Of a stretch of 64,000 bases of DNA, positions 25,565 through 34,173 are shown in pieces. The stretch's first letter is position 1. The number at the start of each line of letters is the position of its first letter. The position numbers and the translations under genes are program-made. The notes beneath the pieces are model-generated. The model was not told where the DNA came from. It saw only the letters and a list, made by a program, of their open reading frames with translations, and did not search any database. The stretch lies in the NCBI GenBank assembly GCA_012729095.1, contig JAAYDU010000034.1:178-64177 (forward strand). Direction: 5' to 3'. The DNA is from Methanobacteriota archaeon. GTDB lineage: Archaea; Thermoplasmatota; Thermoplasmata; Methanomassiliicoccales; UBA472.

Positions 25565-27754
25565 ATGCGTATCACCGTGAGGGGAGTGGTGCAGGGGGTT
25601 GGCTTCCGCCCTACCGTTCACCGCCTGGCCAGGTCCATGGGCCTTCACGGATACGTCCAGAACAACGGCTCCAACGTGGTTATCGAGGTCGACGGTGACG
25701 CCGGGGAGTTCGTGCGCCGTCTGAAGTCCGCGTTGCCCCCGCTGGCCCGATTGGACCAGGTGGAGATAGCCCCGGGCCTTCCCGATGCCGACCTCCTAGC
25801 GATGGGTTTCAGCATCGTGCCCAGCCAGCAAGGCACCGGGGGCGTCGGCATTCCCAATGACACCGCTGTCTGCGATTCCTGCCTTAGGGAGATGTTCGAT
25901 CCCTTCAACAGGAGATATCTATATCCGTTCACCAACTGCACTGACTGCGGGGCCCGCTTCACCATCATAGAGGATCTGCCGTACGACCGGCAAAAGACAT
26001 CCATGCACCCTTTCCCGATGTGCCCGGAATGCCAGATGGAGTACGGGGACCCGGACGACCGGCGCTTCCATCACCAAACGGTGACCTGCCCGGTGTGCGG
26101 CCCCCGGTACTACCTTCTGGGCGGGGAGGGAGAGCGCGATTACGAGGACCCCATATCCAAGTTCGCCAGCGGCCTTCACGCTGGATACATCGGCGTGGCC
26201 AAGAGCTGGGGCGGCATGCATCTCTGCTGCACGCTCGACCGGCTCTCGCACATGCGCGAGTGGTATCGCCGGAGGGAGAAGCCGTTCGCCATAATGGTGC
26301 GGGACCTGAAGGCTCTGGAACGCTACGGGACACCGTCCGCCCATGACGTGGAACTTCTTGTGTCCAGCCACCGGCCCATCGTGCTGGTGCCCAAGGTAGA
26401 CAGCGAGGTGACGGAGCTCGTGGCCCCCGGCCTGGACACCATCGGTGCTTTCCTACCATACACGTCCATGCAGCACCTGCTGTTCCATCACCTGAAGGAC
26501 GACGCCCTGGTCATGACCTCGGCGAACGTTCCCGGGGAACCCATGGTGCTTCGGGAGACGGACGCCCTCGCCCTGGGAGCGGACATGTACCTGATGCACG
26601 ACCGGCGCATCGTCAATCGCTGCGACGATTCCGTGCTGCGCTCGTTCCATGACAGGACGTACTTCGTCCGCAAATCCCGGGGGCACATTCCCTCCCACAT
26701 CGATCTTCCATTGAAAGGGGTGGCGGTAGGCGTCGGCGCCCAGGAGGGGCTGGCCGGAGCGCTGTCGTTCGAAGGGCGGCTCTATGCCACGCAGTACATC
26801 GGGGATGCCACGTCCCCGGGGGTGCTGGAGTTCCTGGAGGAGAGCCTGAACTATCTTCGCCGCCTCCTGGGAGCGGACAGGCTGGACGCCATCGGCATGG
26901 ACATGCACCCCGGGCATTCGACCAGGCGACTGGCCAAGCGCTGGGCCGAGGAGAACGGCATAGAGCCGGTGGAGGTTCAGCACCATCACGCGCATGCCGC
27001 CGCCCTGCTCGTGGAGTCGAAGCTGGATGAGATGGTGGCCATAACCATAGACGGCACCGGTTACGGCGACGACGGGGCGGCCTGGGGCGGCGAGGTGCTG
27101 TTGGCCGACCTCAGGGACTATCGCCGGGTCGGCCACTTGAGGGAGGTGCCGCTGCTGGGAGGGGAGAAGGCGGTGTACGACGTGCGCAGGATCGCCTTCG
27201 CCCTGGCCGAGATGACCGGCGGCGGGCTGGACTATTTCAACGAGAGAGAGAGGGAGCTGTTCCGCAAGATGATGCCCCGTTCCGGCCCCAGCACCTCCTT
27301 CGGAAGGGTGCTGGACGCCGTCTCATGCTACCTGGACATATGCCAGAGCCGCAGCTACGACGGGGAGCCGGCCATGAAGCTGGAACGCTGGCTGAACGAG
27401 GCCAGGGACCTTTCCCTGGTGACCGCCGTGCGTCTCGGCAACGTGATCGACACCCCGGCCATGTTCCGGCAGATGATGGAGTCCAGGGGCAGCCGGGCCG
27501 ACCGGGCGGGGAGCATGGTGCACGCCATGGTGCGCGGCCTGGTCGATATCGCCGTGGAGAGGGCGGAGGACGAGGGGCTGGAACACGTGGGATTGACCGG
27601 GGGCGTGAGCTACAACCGCGCCATATCGGAATGGGCCAAGGAGATGGTGGAGGCCAGTGGCCTGAGGTTCGTGTGCCATGGCCTCACTCCCAACGGGGAC
27701 GGCTGCATATCCACCGGGCAGTGCGCGGTCTCCCTTTCCAGGACCGGGGGGTGA
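25565..27754 (+). CDS. hypF: [NiFe]-hydrogenase maturation carbamoyltransferase HypF
   Basis: Acylphosphatase-like VQGVGFRP, two Zn-finger pairs (CDSC...CTDCG, CPEC...CPVCG), a YrdC-like region and a Kae1-like C-terminus (HHHAH). Confidence 0.9.
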   Translation: MRITVRGVVQGVGFRPTVHRLARSMGLHGYVQNNGSNVVIEVDGDAGEFVRRLKSALPPLARLDQVEIAPGLPDADLLAMGFSIVPSQQGTGGVGIPNDTAVCDSCLREMFDPFNRRYLYPFTNCTDCGARFTIIEDLPYDRQKTSMHPFPMCPECQMEYGDPDDRRFHHQTVTCPVCGPRYYLLGGEGERDYEDPISKFASGLHAGYIGVAKSWGGMHLCCTLDRLSHMREWYRRREKPFAIMVRDLKALERYGTPSAHDVELLVSSHRPIVLVPKVDSEVTELVAPGLDTIGAFLPYTSMQHLLFHHLKDDALVMTSANVPGEPMVLRETDALALGADMYLMHDRRIVNRCDDSVLRSFHDRTYFVRKSRGHIPSHIDLPLKGVAVGVGAQEGLAGALSFEGRLYATQYIGDATSPGVLEFLEESLNYLRRLLGADRLDAIGMDMHPGHSTRRLAKRWAEENGIEPVEVQHHHAHAAALLVESKLDEMVAITIDGTGYGDDGAAWGGEVLLADLRDYRRVGHLREVPLLGGEKAVYDVRRIAFALAEMTGGGLDYFNERERELFRKMMPRSGPSTSFGRVLDAVSCYLDICQSRSYDGEPAMKLERWLNEARDLSLVTAVRLGNVIDTPAMFRQMMESRGSRADRAGSMVHAMVRGLVDIAVERAEDEGLEHVGLTGGVSYNRAISEWAKEMVEASGLRFVCHGLTPNGDGCISTGQCAVSLSRTGG

Positions 27755-27757
27755 AGG

Positions 27758-28291
27758 TCACCCGCGTTCCACGTAGGTCCTGACCATCATCCACGCCTCC
27801 TTCTTCCTCCCGAAGCCGATGGCGTTCGCGGAGGACGTGGAAGGAAGGTAGCTGAACGGCCTCCTGAGCACGGGGTCCATGTGCCTGTCCACCATCACTT
27901 CGTAGAGAGAGTGCGCCCTCCTGCCGTTGATGAAAACGTGGCCTATGGTGGGATGGTCGCGGAACAAACCTTCGAGATCGTTCGGAACGGCGTTCCTGAT
28001 GCTCCCGTCGCCACTTTTCCGGATGTCGCATTCTTGGACGACGTCCCACAGCGCCAGGCGATGCGCCTTCAGGAACTCCAGCCGGGCGGCGTAATCGGCG
28101 TCCGGCTCTGCGTCCCATATGCCGTGCGTCACCTTCCAGAAACCGTTCATCGGGTTCGCGTAATACTGCCGTTCTCGGTCGGATATCACGCTGGGAACTG
28201 TCCCCAGCAACAGAGCCCTGGGTGCCGTTCCGATGACCGGGGGCAGGCCTCTCCTGCGCTCCATCCCCTCGCCCCCTGCCTCGGCCGCCAT
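27758..28291 (-). CDS. DNA-deoxyinosine (hypoxanthine) glycosylase, UDG superfamily
   Basis: LLLGTVPSVIS...QYYANPMNGFW, NGRRA. Typical of the hypoxanthine-DNA glycosylase family. Confidence 0.65.
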   Translation of the reverse strand: MAAEAGGEGMERRRGLPPVIGTAPRALLLGTVPSVISDRERQYYANPMNGFWKVTHGIWDAEPDADYAARLEFLKAHRLALWDVVQECDIRKSGDGSIRNAVPNDLEGLFRDHPTIGHVFINGRRAHSLYEVMVDRHMDPVLRRPFSYLPSTSSANAIGFGRKKEAWMMVRTYVERG

Positions 28292-28331
28292 GTGATACCT
28301 GACCCCTCACTGCGAATATACCGTTTTCCGA

Positions 28332-28348
28332 TTGGACGATATGACCAA
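28332..28348. promoter_or_regulatory. Degenerate copy of the corrinoid-locus palindrome: TTGGAC-GATAT-GACCAA
   Basis: Read directly from the sequence. It ends 47 nt upstream of ATG 28396. 3 mismatches to TTGGAT-N5-ATCCAA. Confidence 0.3.
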
Positions 28349-28395
28349 CAGGTATTATATGGACAAGGGCATTCGGATGCGCCAAGGACTGTTAG

Positions 28396-29445
28396 ATGAG
28401 GAAGCTCATAATCCTGCTGGACGGCGCGGCCGACGAGCGCATACCGATATTCAACAACCGCACTCCCCTGGAGGCGGCCCATAAGGACTTCTTGGACGGA
28501 GTTGCCCGCGAGGGAAAGATGGGCACCACCGACGGTAAGGACTATACCCACACGTTCCTGCTGGAACTTCTCACCGGCAAGCCCTACGACGTCCCGCGGG
28601 GCGTCATCGAGGCCTACGGCCTGGAGCTGCCCATCGGCGAGGGTCGGGTGGCCTATCGCATGACCCCGGCCAAGGTGAACGACCACAACGTGGAGTGGTA
28701 CTACAACATCACCTGCGACGAGGAGATGTTCCTGCAGAGGGCCATAATCAAGAACCGGTCCAAGCTGGCCGGCATGGACCCCAAGATACTGGCCTATCAC
28801 GGGGGAAAGGGGGTGCTCACGGTCAGGGCCGATCATATACTGGACCTGCCCAAGCCGCCTGGACCGGCCAGGCTCAACGGCGAGGACCTGGGCATCTTCG
28901 AGGACTTCGCCCGCGGCGTGAGGGACAGCACCGGCGGTATCGCCCTACTTCCCTGGGGAGGCGGGCTGGGCAAGGTGGCCGTGGACGTTCGACGGGAGAT
29001 AACCAAGGTCCCGGACCTTGTGGTCATATCTAAAAGCCCTTCCGCCCTTGGAGTGGGGAAGTTCCTGGGAATGGAGACCGTTCGCGTTCAGGGGTTCAAG
29101 GAGGGCGCCAAGGTGGCCGCAAAGCGCCTTGACGGGGACGACGTGTTCCTGCACGTGGAGGAGACGGACGATGTCAGCCACAAGTGCAACCCCAAGAACA
29201 AGCTGAAGCTCATAGAGGAGATAGACAGGGAGCTGGCCCGTTACGAGGACCGCTTCAGGGCGTGCCAGGTGGCCTTGCTGATAGATCACGGCGCGTCATC
29301 GGTGACCGGGGAACACATGCGCATGAAGGTCCCCTACGCCGTGCGAGGCGGCAGGTGGAAGGATGGCGGGGCGGACGGCTTCCACGAGAACGGGGGGGAG
29401 AACGTCCCCCTGGGAACCCTGCTGGACACCATCCTTGAGGATTGA
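28396..29445 (+). CDS. Divergent ApgM-like alkaline-phosphatase-superfamily protein (cofactor-independent phosphoglycerate mutase family)
   Basis: LIILLDGAADE...TPLEAAHKDFLDGVAREG, HVEETDDVSH, LIDHGAS. Shorter (349 aa) and more divergent than typical ApgM. Confidence 0.55.
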   Translation: MRKLIILLDGAADERIPIFNNRTPLEAAHKDFLDGVAREGKMGTTDGKDYTHTFLLELLTGKPYDVPRGVIEAYGLELPIGEGRVAYRMTPAKVNDHNVEWYYNITCDEEMFLQRAIIKNRSKLAGMDPKILAYHGGKGVLTVRADHILDLPKPPGPARLNGEDLGIFEDFARGVRDSTGGIALLPWGGGLGKVAVDVRREITKVPDLVVISKSPSALGVGKFLGMETVRVQGFKEGAKVAAKRLDGDDVFLHVEETDDVSHKCNPKNKLKLIEEIDRELARYEDRFRACQVALLIDHGASSVTGEHMRMKVPYAVRGGRWKDGGADGFHENGGENVPLGTLLDTILED

Positions 29446-29500
29446 GCGCCCAATTCATTAGGGAAGCTGGCAATAGGTTAAATACGTTCCTCACGTTGAT

Positions 29501-29517
29501 TTGGATGATACAACCAA
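29501..29517. promoter_or_regulatory. Palindrome TTGGAT-GATAC-AACCAA upstream of cobT
   Basis: Read directly from the sequence. It ends 33 nt upstream of ATG 29551. A TTAAATAC TATA-like box lies about 20 nt upstream of it. Confidence 0.5.
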
Positions 29518-29550
29518 TAGGAAGTTGCGTCGAATCCAGAGGTCTGTGAT

Positions 29551-30654
29551 ATGCAAAGGGCCGACATCATATACGCGTTCGAGGAGCAGGAGGGAAGGAA
29601 GTTCATGAGGAGGGTGTGGGGCAAGCGCCCCACCTTCGCCGTGGTGATAGGGAACACGGAAACGGCCAAGATACCGGGCGTGTCCGCGGCGGGCGCCGTT
29701 CCGGAGATCACCGATTTCACTCCCGCGGCCGACGTGGAGCTCCTTCATTACGGACGGTGCAAGTGCATCGACGGCGTTCCGGTGACGCCCACTGGCGTTC
29801 CCACCCCGGGCATCATAACCATGAGCGCCCTGCAGCTGTTCCCGATGCCCACCTTCGCCATCAACTCCGGCGTGCGGGTGAGGCCGCACACCCCTTACTT
29901 CGAAATGGAGGGGGTTCCAGGCCAGGACATACGCACGGGCAGGGCTCTAGACGACCCCCGCAGGGTCTACGAGAACGGGGTGCTCCTGGGCAAGGAGCTG
30001 GCCAAGAGCAGCGAGTACCTGGTGGTCGGAGAGAGCATAGCCGGGGGAACGACGACCGCCCTCGCCGTCCTGATGGCCATGGGCTATGACGGGCAGGGCA
30101 AGGTCTCCAGCAGCATGATAGACAACCCCCACTCCCTGAAGGAGCGGATCGCGCTGGAGGGGATTTCTAACTCCCCCTTCAGCAGGGAGGAGATGAGGGC
30201 GGACCCCTTGAAGGCGGTACAGGCCGTTGGCGACCCCATGATGCCGGCCGCGGCTGGCGTGGTGGCCGGGGCGGCGGAGAACGTACCGGTGATCATGGCC
30301 GGGGGCACGCAGATGGCGGCGGTTATGGCCATAGTGGCCGGGCTGTCCCCGGGGTCGTTGCGCAACCTGGTACTGGGAACCACCAAGTGGATAGTCAACG
30401 ACCGTTCCTCCGACGTCCGCTCCATAGTCAGCCAGATAGGCAGCGTTCCCATATTGGCCGCCGACCTGGACTTCGGCCCTTCCGTGCACGAAGGACTGAA
30501 CGTCTTCGAGAGGGGACTGGTGAAGGAAGGCGTGGGCGCCGGCGGCGCCTCCATAGCCGCCTTCCTGGCCTCCCAGGGGTCCGTGGACGCGAAGCTGATG
30601 CTGGCGCAGGTGGAGGACAATTACGTACGGCTTATGAAGATCATGGGCAAGTGA
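29551..30654 (+). CDS. cobT: Archaeal-type nicotinate-nucleotide--dimethylbenzimidazole phosphoribosyltransferase (UPF0284/CobT)
   Basis: FAVVIGNTETAKIPGVSAAG, GESIAGGTTTA, MAGGTQM. Confidence 0.8.
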   Translation: MQRADIIYAFEEQEGRKFMRRVWGKRPTFAVVIGNTETAKIPGVSAAGAVPEITDFTPAADVELLHYGRCKCIDGVPVTPTGVPTPGIITMSALQLFPMPTFAINSGVRVRPHTPYFEMEGVPGQDIRTGRALDDPRRVYENGVLLGKELAKSSEYLVVGESIAGGTTTALAVLMAMGYDGQGKVSSSMIDNPHSLKERIALEGISNSPFSREEMRADPLKAVQAVGDPMMPAAAGVVAGAAENVPVIMAGGTQMAAVMAIVAGLSPGSLRNLVLGTTKWIVNDRSSDVRSIVSQIGSVPILAADLDFGPSVHEGLNVFERGLVKEGVGAGGASIAAFLASQGSVDAKLMLAQVEDNYVRLMKIMGK

Positions 30655-31267
30655 GCCGCTGGCCCAGCATCTTCTCCGCCTTGCGCAGGTCGCCCACGGT
30701 GTTGACGTTGATGGCCACGTCCGGCGTGTCGGCGATGTAATAGCCTCCAGGAAGGTATTCCCGGGTCAGCATCATGGCCCGGTCCACAACGCTCACCCCG
30801 CAGGGCATCAGCGGACGACCGTCCACGTTCTCGTAGAAGGTGACGTCCACCCCGAACTCCAAGGCCCTCTCCAGGGGTATCCCGACGGTCAGGGACCGAT
30901 CCTTCCTCCTCAGGTACTCCCTGACCACGTCCGAAACCGTCTCCGCGCGCAGCAAGGGCAGGTCGGCAGGGCAGATGAATACATGGTCCTCGGCCATGCC
31001 CTCCGCGGCCTGGATGAGGTCGTGGCAGTATTCTGTCCCGGACGTTTCGAGTAGAGCGACCCCCATCCGCCTCAGGTGCTCCCTGGTCATCGGCACGTTG
31101 TCGCTGACGGAAACGTAAACGGACGATATCTCATCGACCAGCATGATCTGCTCCAGGACGTGGTCTATCATCGGCCGCCCGTGCAGTAGCGCCATAGGCT
31201 TCTCCGTGCCGAGCTCCTTGATCCGGGTCCCCCGCCCTCCAGCGGTTATGAGCGCGGCAACGCTCAT
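30641..31267 (-). CDS. cobY: Adenosylcobinamide-phosphate guanylyltransferase (archaeal CobY)
   Basis: ALITAGGRGTR...KPM, nucleotidyltransferase fold. ATGA overlap with cobS. Confidence 0.75.
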   Translation of the reverse strand: MSVAALITAGGRGTRIKELGTEKPMALLHGRPMIDHVLEQIMLVDEISSVYVSVSDNVPMTREHLRRMGVALLETSGTEYCHDLIQAAEGMAEDHVFICPADLPLLRAETVSDVVREYLRRKDRSLTVGIPLERALEFGVDVTFYENVDGRPLMPCGVSVVDRAMMLTREYLPGGYYIADTPDVAINVNTVGDLRKAEKMLGQRLTCP

Positions 31268-32193
31268 AGAGCCACCAGCAACATCATCGCGATCAGCACT
31301 ACCGGCCGGGAGATCTCGTTCGTGGCGCCCATGACATCGCCGTTCACCGCCCCGAAGTTCTTCATGGCCGTTCTGCTCATGTAGAGACCGACCAGGGAAC
31401 TGACCAGGCCGCCTGCGATGGTGAACAGCAATATCCTGTCCACTTGCCAGACGAGGGTCGGCATGCAGACCATCAGAACCAGGCCGAAGGCCAGCAGCAC
31501 CGAGAGGACGAGAGAAACGACGGTCTGCCTCCCCTTCGTATTGGAGACGAACGCGTTTCCCAGCCCCTCGCGGGCCTTGCCGCCGTAGGCGCAGAATACC
31601 ATGGCGTTCTTGTTCATTATCTCGACGATCAGCGGAAAGAGAAGCATCTCGGCCTGGCCGGTGAGGGAGGCTAGCGCGGCGAAGCTGACAAGGGTGAACA
31701 CGAGCGCGTAACCCACGCCGCCCGCCCCGGTCTTGGAGTCCTTAACGGCCGCCAAGCGTCGTTCGGCATTGCCCCCGCAGACCATCCCGTCCCCGAAGTC
31801 GCTCAGCCCGTCCATGTGCAGGAACCGGTTCAGAAGATGGAGCAATGCCAGCACCAGGGCCGCCACTACCGCTGTGGGCAACAGGTCCTGACATAGGAAG
31901 TAGACGAGAGAGGCGAGGATGCCGTACAGTGCCCCCACGGGAACGATGAGGTAGAACCTGCGAGAAAGATCGTCCACGTCCTCCCCGTCCACCTTGGCGG
32001 GAATGATGGTGAAGAGGGTGAGGGCGGCCTTGATCGCGCCTAGGACAGACGTTCCTCTCCCTCCAGTATCTCCGAGTAGATGACGGACATGGTGGCTCCG
32101 ATCAGGGAGGCGACTATGTCGTCCATGAACGGGCCCAGCGTTGAGAGTATTCCTGGCTTCTTCTTGTCGTAGCGGATGTACTCGAAGACGCAC
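31264..32193 (-). CDS. cobS: Adenosylcobinamide-GDP ribazoletransferase (cobalamin synthase); true start uncertain, homologous part begins about 32052
   Basis: AIKAALTLFTIIP, FLHMDGLSDFGDG, multiple TM helices. The only canonical upstream start, GTG 32193, adds 49 Arg/His-rich residues read from the +1 frame of cbiZ-cobZ. Confidence 0.8.
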   Translation of the reverse strand: MRLRVHPLRQEEARNTLNAGPVHGRHSRLPDRSHHVRHLLGDTGGRGTSVLGAIKAALTLFTIIPAKVDGEDVDDLSRRFYLIVPVGALYGILASLVYFLCQDLLPTAVVAALVLALLHLLNRFLHMDGLSDFGDGMVCGGNAERRLAAVKDSKTGAGGVGYALVFTLVSFAALASLTGQAEMLLFPLIVEIMNKNAMVFCAYGGKAREGLGNAFVSNTKGRQTVVSLVLSVLLAFGLVLMVCMPTLVWQVDRILLFTIAGGLVSSLVGLYMSRTAMKNFGAVNGDVMGATNEISRPVVLIAMMLLVAL

Positions 32194-33185
32194 TTCGAAC
32201 CGCCTATGTACTCGGCCAGGGCGATGCCCAGCAGCTCGTCCGCCAGAAGGTGCACGGGGTCCTCCTGGTACTTCGCCTCGTTCAGACCGTACAGCTGCCC
32301 GTAACGCCCCCTTTCCTCAAGGGAGATGGCGGCGGTCAGCAGCGCGTTCACGTTTATGTCCTTGGCCAGCGTTTCCAGCCTCGACTCGAACCTCCCGCGC
32401 ACCTCGACCTCGTTCCAGGCGGGGTCCAGGGCGTTCATCTGCCTCACGCACTCCCACATGTCGTCGTAGGTTATGCCGCGAATGGCCAGATGCCTCAGGA
32501 AATGAACGGAGTCTCCGTTCGCCCCCTTCCACCTGGCGATCGATTCACCTAACGCCGAGCGCACGGCCACTGCCATGGCGATGCCGTGATCGGAGCTGCT
32601 TCCGGACCACAGGCACCTCTCACCGTCGGACGGGCACATCACGAGCACGGCGTCGCTTGTCGTACCCGTCCCGGGAATGTGATGGTCCCGCAGCGCCGCG
32701 ACCTTGGCCTCGGTGACCGTCATTATCGCGTTGGCAAGGGCGCAGTCGTCCAGAGGTTCGTCCGTGACGACCATGACATTGATGGTGCCGACCTGGCGAT
32801 GGGGCACCGAACCCTCGCGGGAAGATTCCCCGGCGTTTATGGCATTGGATATGCCGGCGCTGACGCAGGCGATGGCCTCGGAGCCGTTCTGCGCGACGTC
32901 CCTGGCGCAGAATGCCTTGTCCAGTTCCGCCGCGGTCATGAAGCACACGGTGTCCGCCGGCAGTTCCAGCCGGGGGAGCAGGGATCGCATGTGCGCGACC
33001 GGATCGCTGTGATCGTAGTGCAGTGGCACCTGAAGCATCAGCACCGAGTCGGCCTCCCCCAGCCCGCCGTTGAGTATCGTGGAGGCAATGGCGCGCATGC
33101 GGCGTGGAAGCCTGATCGCCACGTACCTGTACCCGTCCAATACGCCCTTGTCGATCCGCATCTCGCTCAGTTTCATCTCAAACAC
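32040..33185 (-). CDS. cbiZ: Fusion: adenosylcobinamide amidohydrolase CbiZ + PgpA-like CobZ (alpha-ribazole/AdoCbl-5'-phosphate phosphatase) domain
   Basis: N-terminal about 250 aa is CbiZ-like (STILNGGLG, GTINVMVVTD, AIMTVTEAK, GTGTTSD). The C-terminal about 120 aa carries PgpA-type motifs (DELLGIALAEYIGG, GPFMDDIVASLIGA). Confidence 0.7.
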   Translation of the reverse strand: MFEMKLSEMRIDKGVLDGYRYVAIRLPRRMRAIASTILNGGLGEADSVLMLQVPLHYDHSDPVAHMRSLLPRLELPADTVCFMTAAELDKAFCARDVAQNGSEAIACVSAGISNAINAGESSREGSVPHRQVGTINVMVVTDEPLDDCALANAIMTVTEAKVAALRDHHIPGTGTTSDAVLVMCPSDGERCLWSGSSSDHGIAMAVAVRSALGESIARWKGANGDSVHFLRHLAIRGITYDDMWECVRQMNALDPAWNEVEVRGRFESRLETLAKDINVNALLTAAISLEERGRYGQLYGLNEAKYQEDPVHLLADELLGIALAEYIGGSKCVFEYIRYDKKKPGILSTLGPFMDDIVASLIGATMSVIYSEILEGEERLS

Positions 33186-34173
33186 CTATCGATCCCAGCA
33201 GCAAGTTCTCCACGAACAGCTGCACCTCCACCCCTACCAGCAGGTACAGGGGCACTACCGCCGCGAACACGAAGAGATACGATGCTAAGGTCATGACCTT
33301 TATGGTGTCCCTAAGCACCTCGGGGTCCGACGGCAGCGGCCCGTCGCCCATCACGTACCATCCCACCTTCTCGAAGCGTATACCCAGCCCGCCGGCGAAG
33401 GCGGACATGTGCCAACCCTTGTTCGGCGACAGCGTCTGGTCGTGGTACCTCTTGGAAGCGGACCAGCCGGCCCTCCAGTCCTTGCCCATGACCATCAGGG
33501 CAAGAAGCACGAACGGAACTGCGGCCCTGGCCATGACGAAGTTCGTGCAGTCGTCGAGCTTGGCCGAGAACCATCCCACGTGGCGGTATTTATCATTGAG
33601 ATAACCGACCATGGCGTCCAGGGTGTTCGAGGCGCGGTAGGCCACGGCGGCCGGAAGTCCCAGCAGCCCGAAGTAGAAGAGCGGGGAGAATATGCTGTCC
33701 ACGGTGTTCTCCGCCGCGCTCTCCGCCGCGCAGGATATGACATGCCCCCGGTCCAGTTCGCTGACGTCCCTCGACACCATCATGGCCGCCTTGCGCCTTC
33801 CCATTTCCAGGTCACCGGCCAGAAGGGCCTTGCGTACCGGCTCGGTGTGCTTTCCCATGGCCGACATGGCGAACATGGTCTTCAGGATCACCCCTCCGAC
33901 GATGGCCCATGCGACAAGACCGAGCGCGTCCCGGACCAGGGCCATCAGGAGCAGCGACAGGAAAGAGAAGGAAAGCATGACCGCCAGGGCCATGACCGCC
34001 CCCAGGAGGCGCTCCCGGCGAGGGTGCCCCCGCGATATGCGCTTATCGAGAGACGATATCGCCCTGCCCATCCATACCACGGGATGCAGCGCGTTCGGCG
34101 GTTCGCCGAGGAAACGGTCGACCAGCAGGGCGACCGTGATGGTGAGGAACGCGTAAGGCACCAGTTCAAACAT
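33178..34173 (-). CDS. cbiB: Adenosylcobinamide-phosphate synthase
   Basis: LGEPPNALHPVVWMG, SRDVS, ENTVDS, SPNKGW. Confidence 0.9.
   Translation of the reverse strand: MFELVPYAFLTITVALLVDRFLGEPPNALHPVVWMGRAISSLDKRISRGHPRRERLLGAVMALAVMLSFSFLSLLLMALVRDALGLVAWAIVGGVILKTMFAMSAMGKHTEPVRKALLAGDLEMGRRKAAMMVSRDVSELDRGHVISCAAESAAENTVDSIFSPLFYFGLLGLPAAVAYRASNTLDAMVGYLNDKYRHVGWFSAKLDDCTNFVMARAAVPFVLLALMVMGKDWRAGWSASKRYHDQTLSPNKGWHMSAFAGGLGIRFEKVGWYVMGDGPLPSDPEVLRDTIKVMTLASYLFVFAAVVPLYLLVGVEVQLFVENLLLGSIGV

Noticed and set aside
29521-29545. GTCGAATCC resembles a tRNA T-loop (GTTCGAATCC) upstream of cobT
   Set aside because: The flanking bases cannot form a T-stem (TTGCG versus CAGAG). No acceptor, anticodon or D arms can be drawn in the 105-nt spacer.
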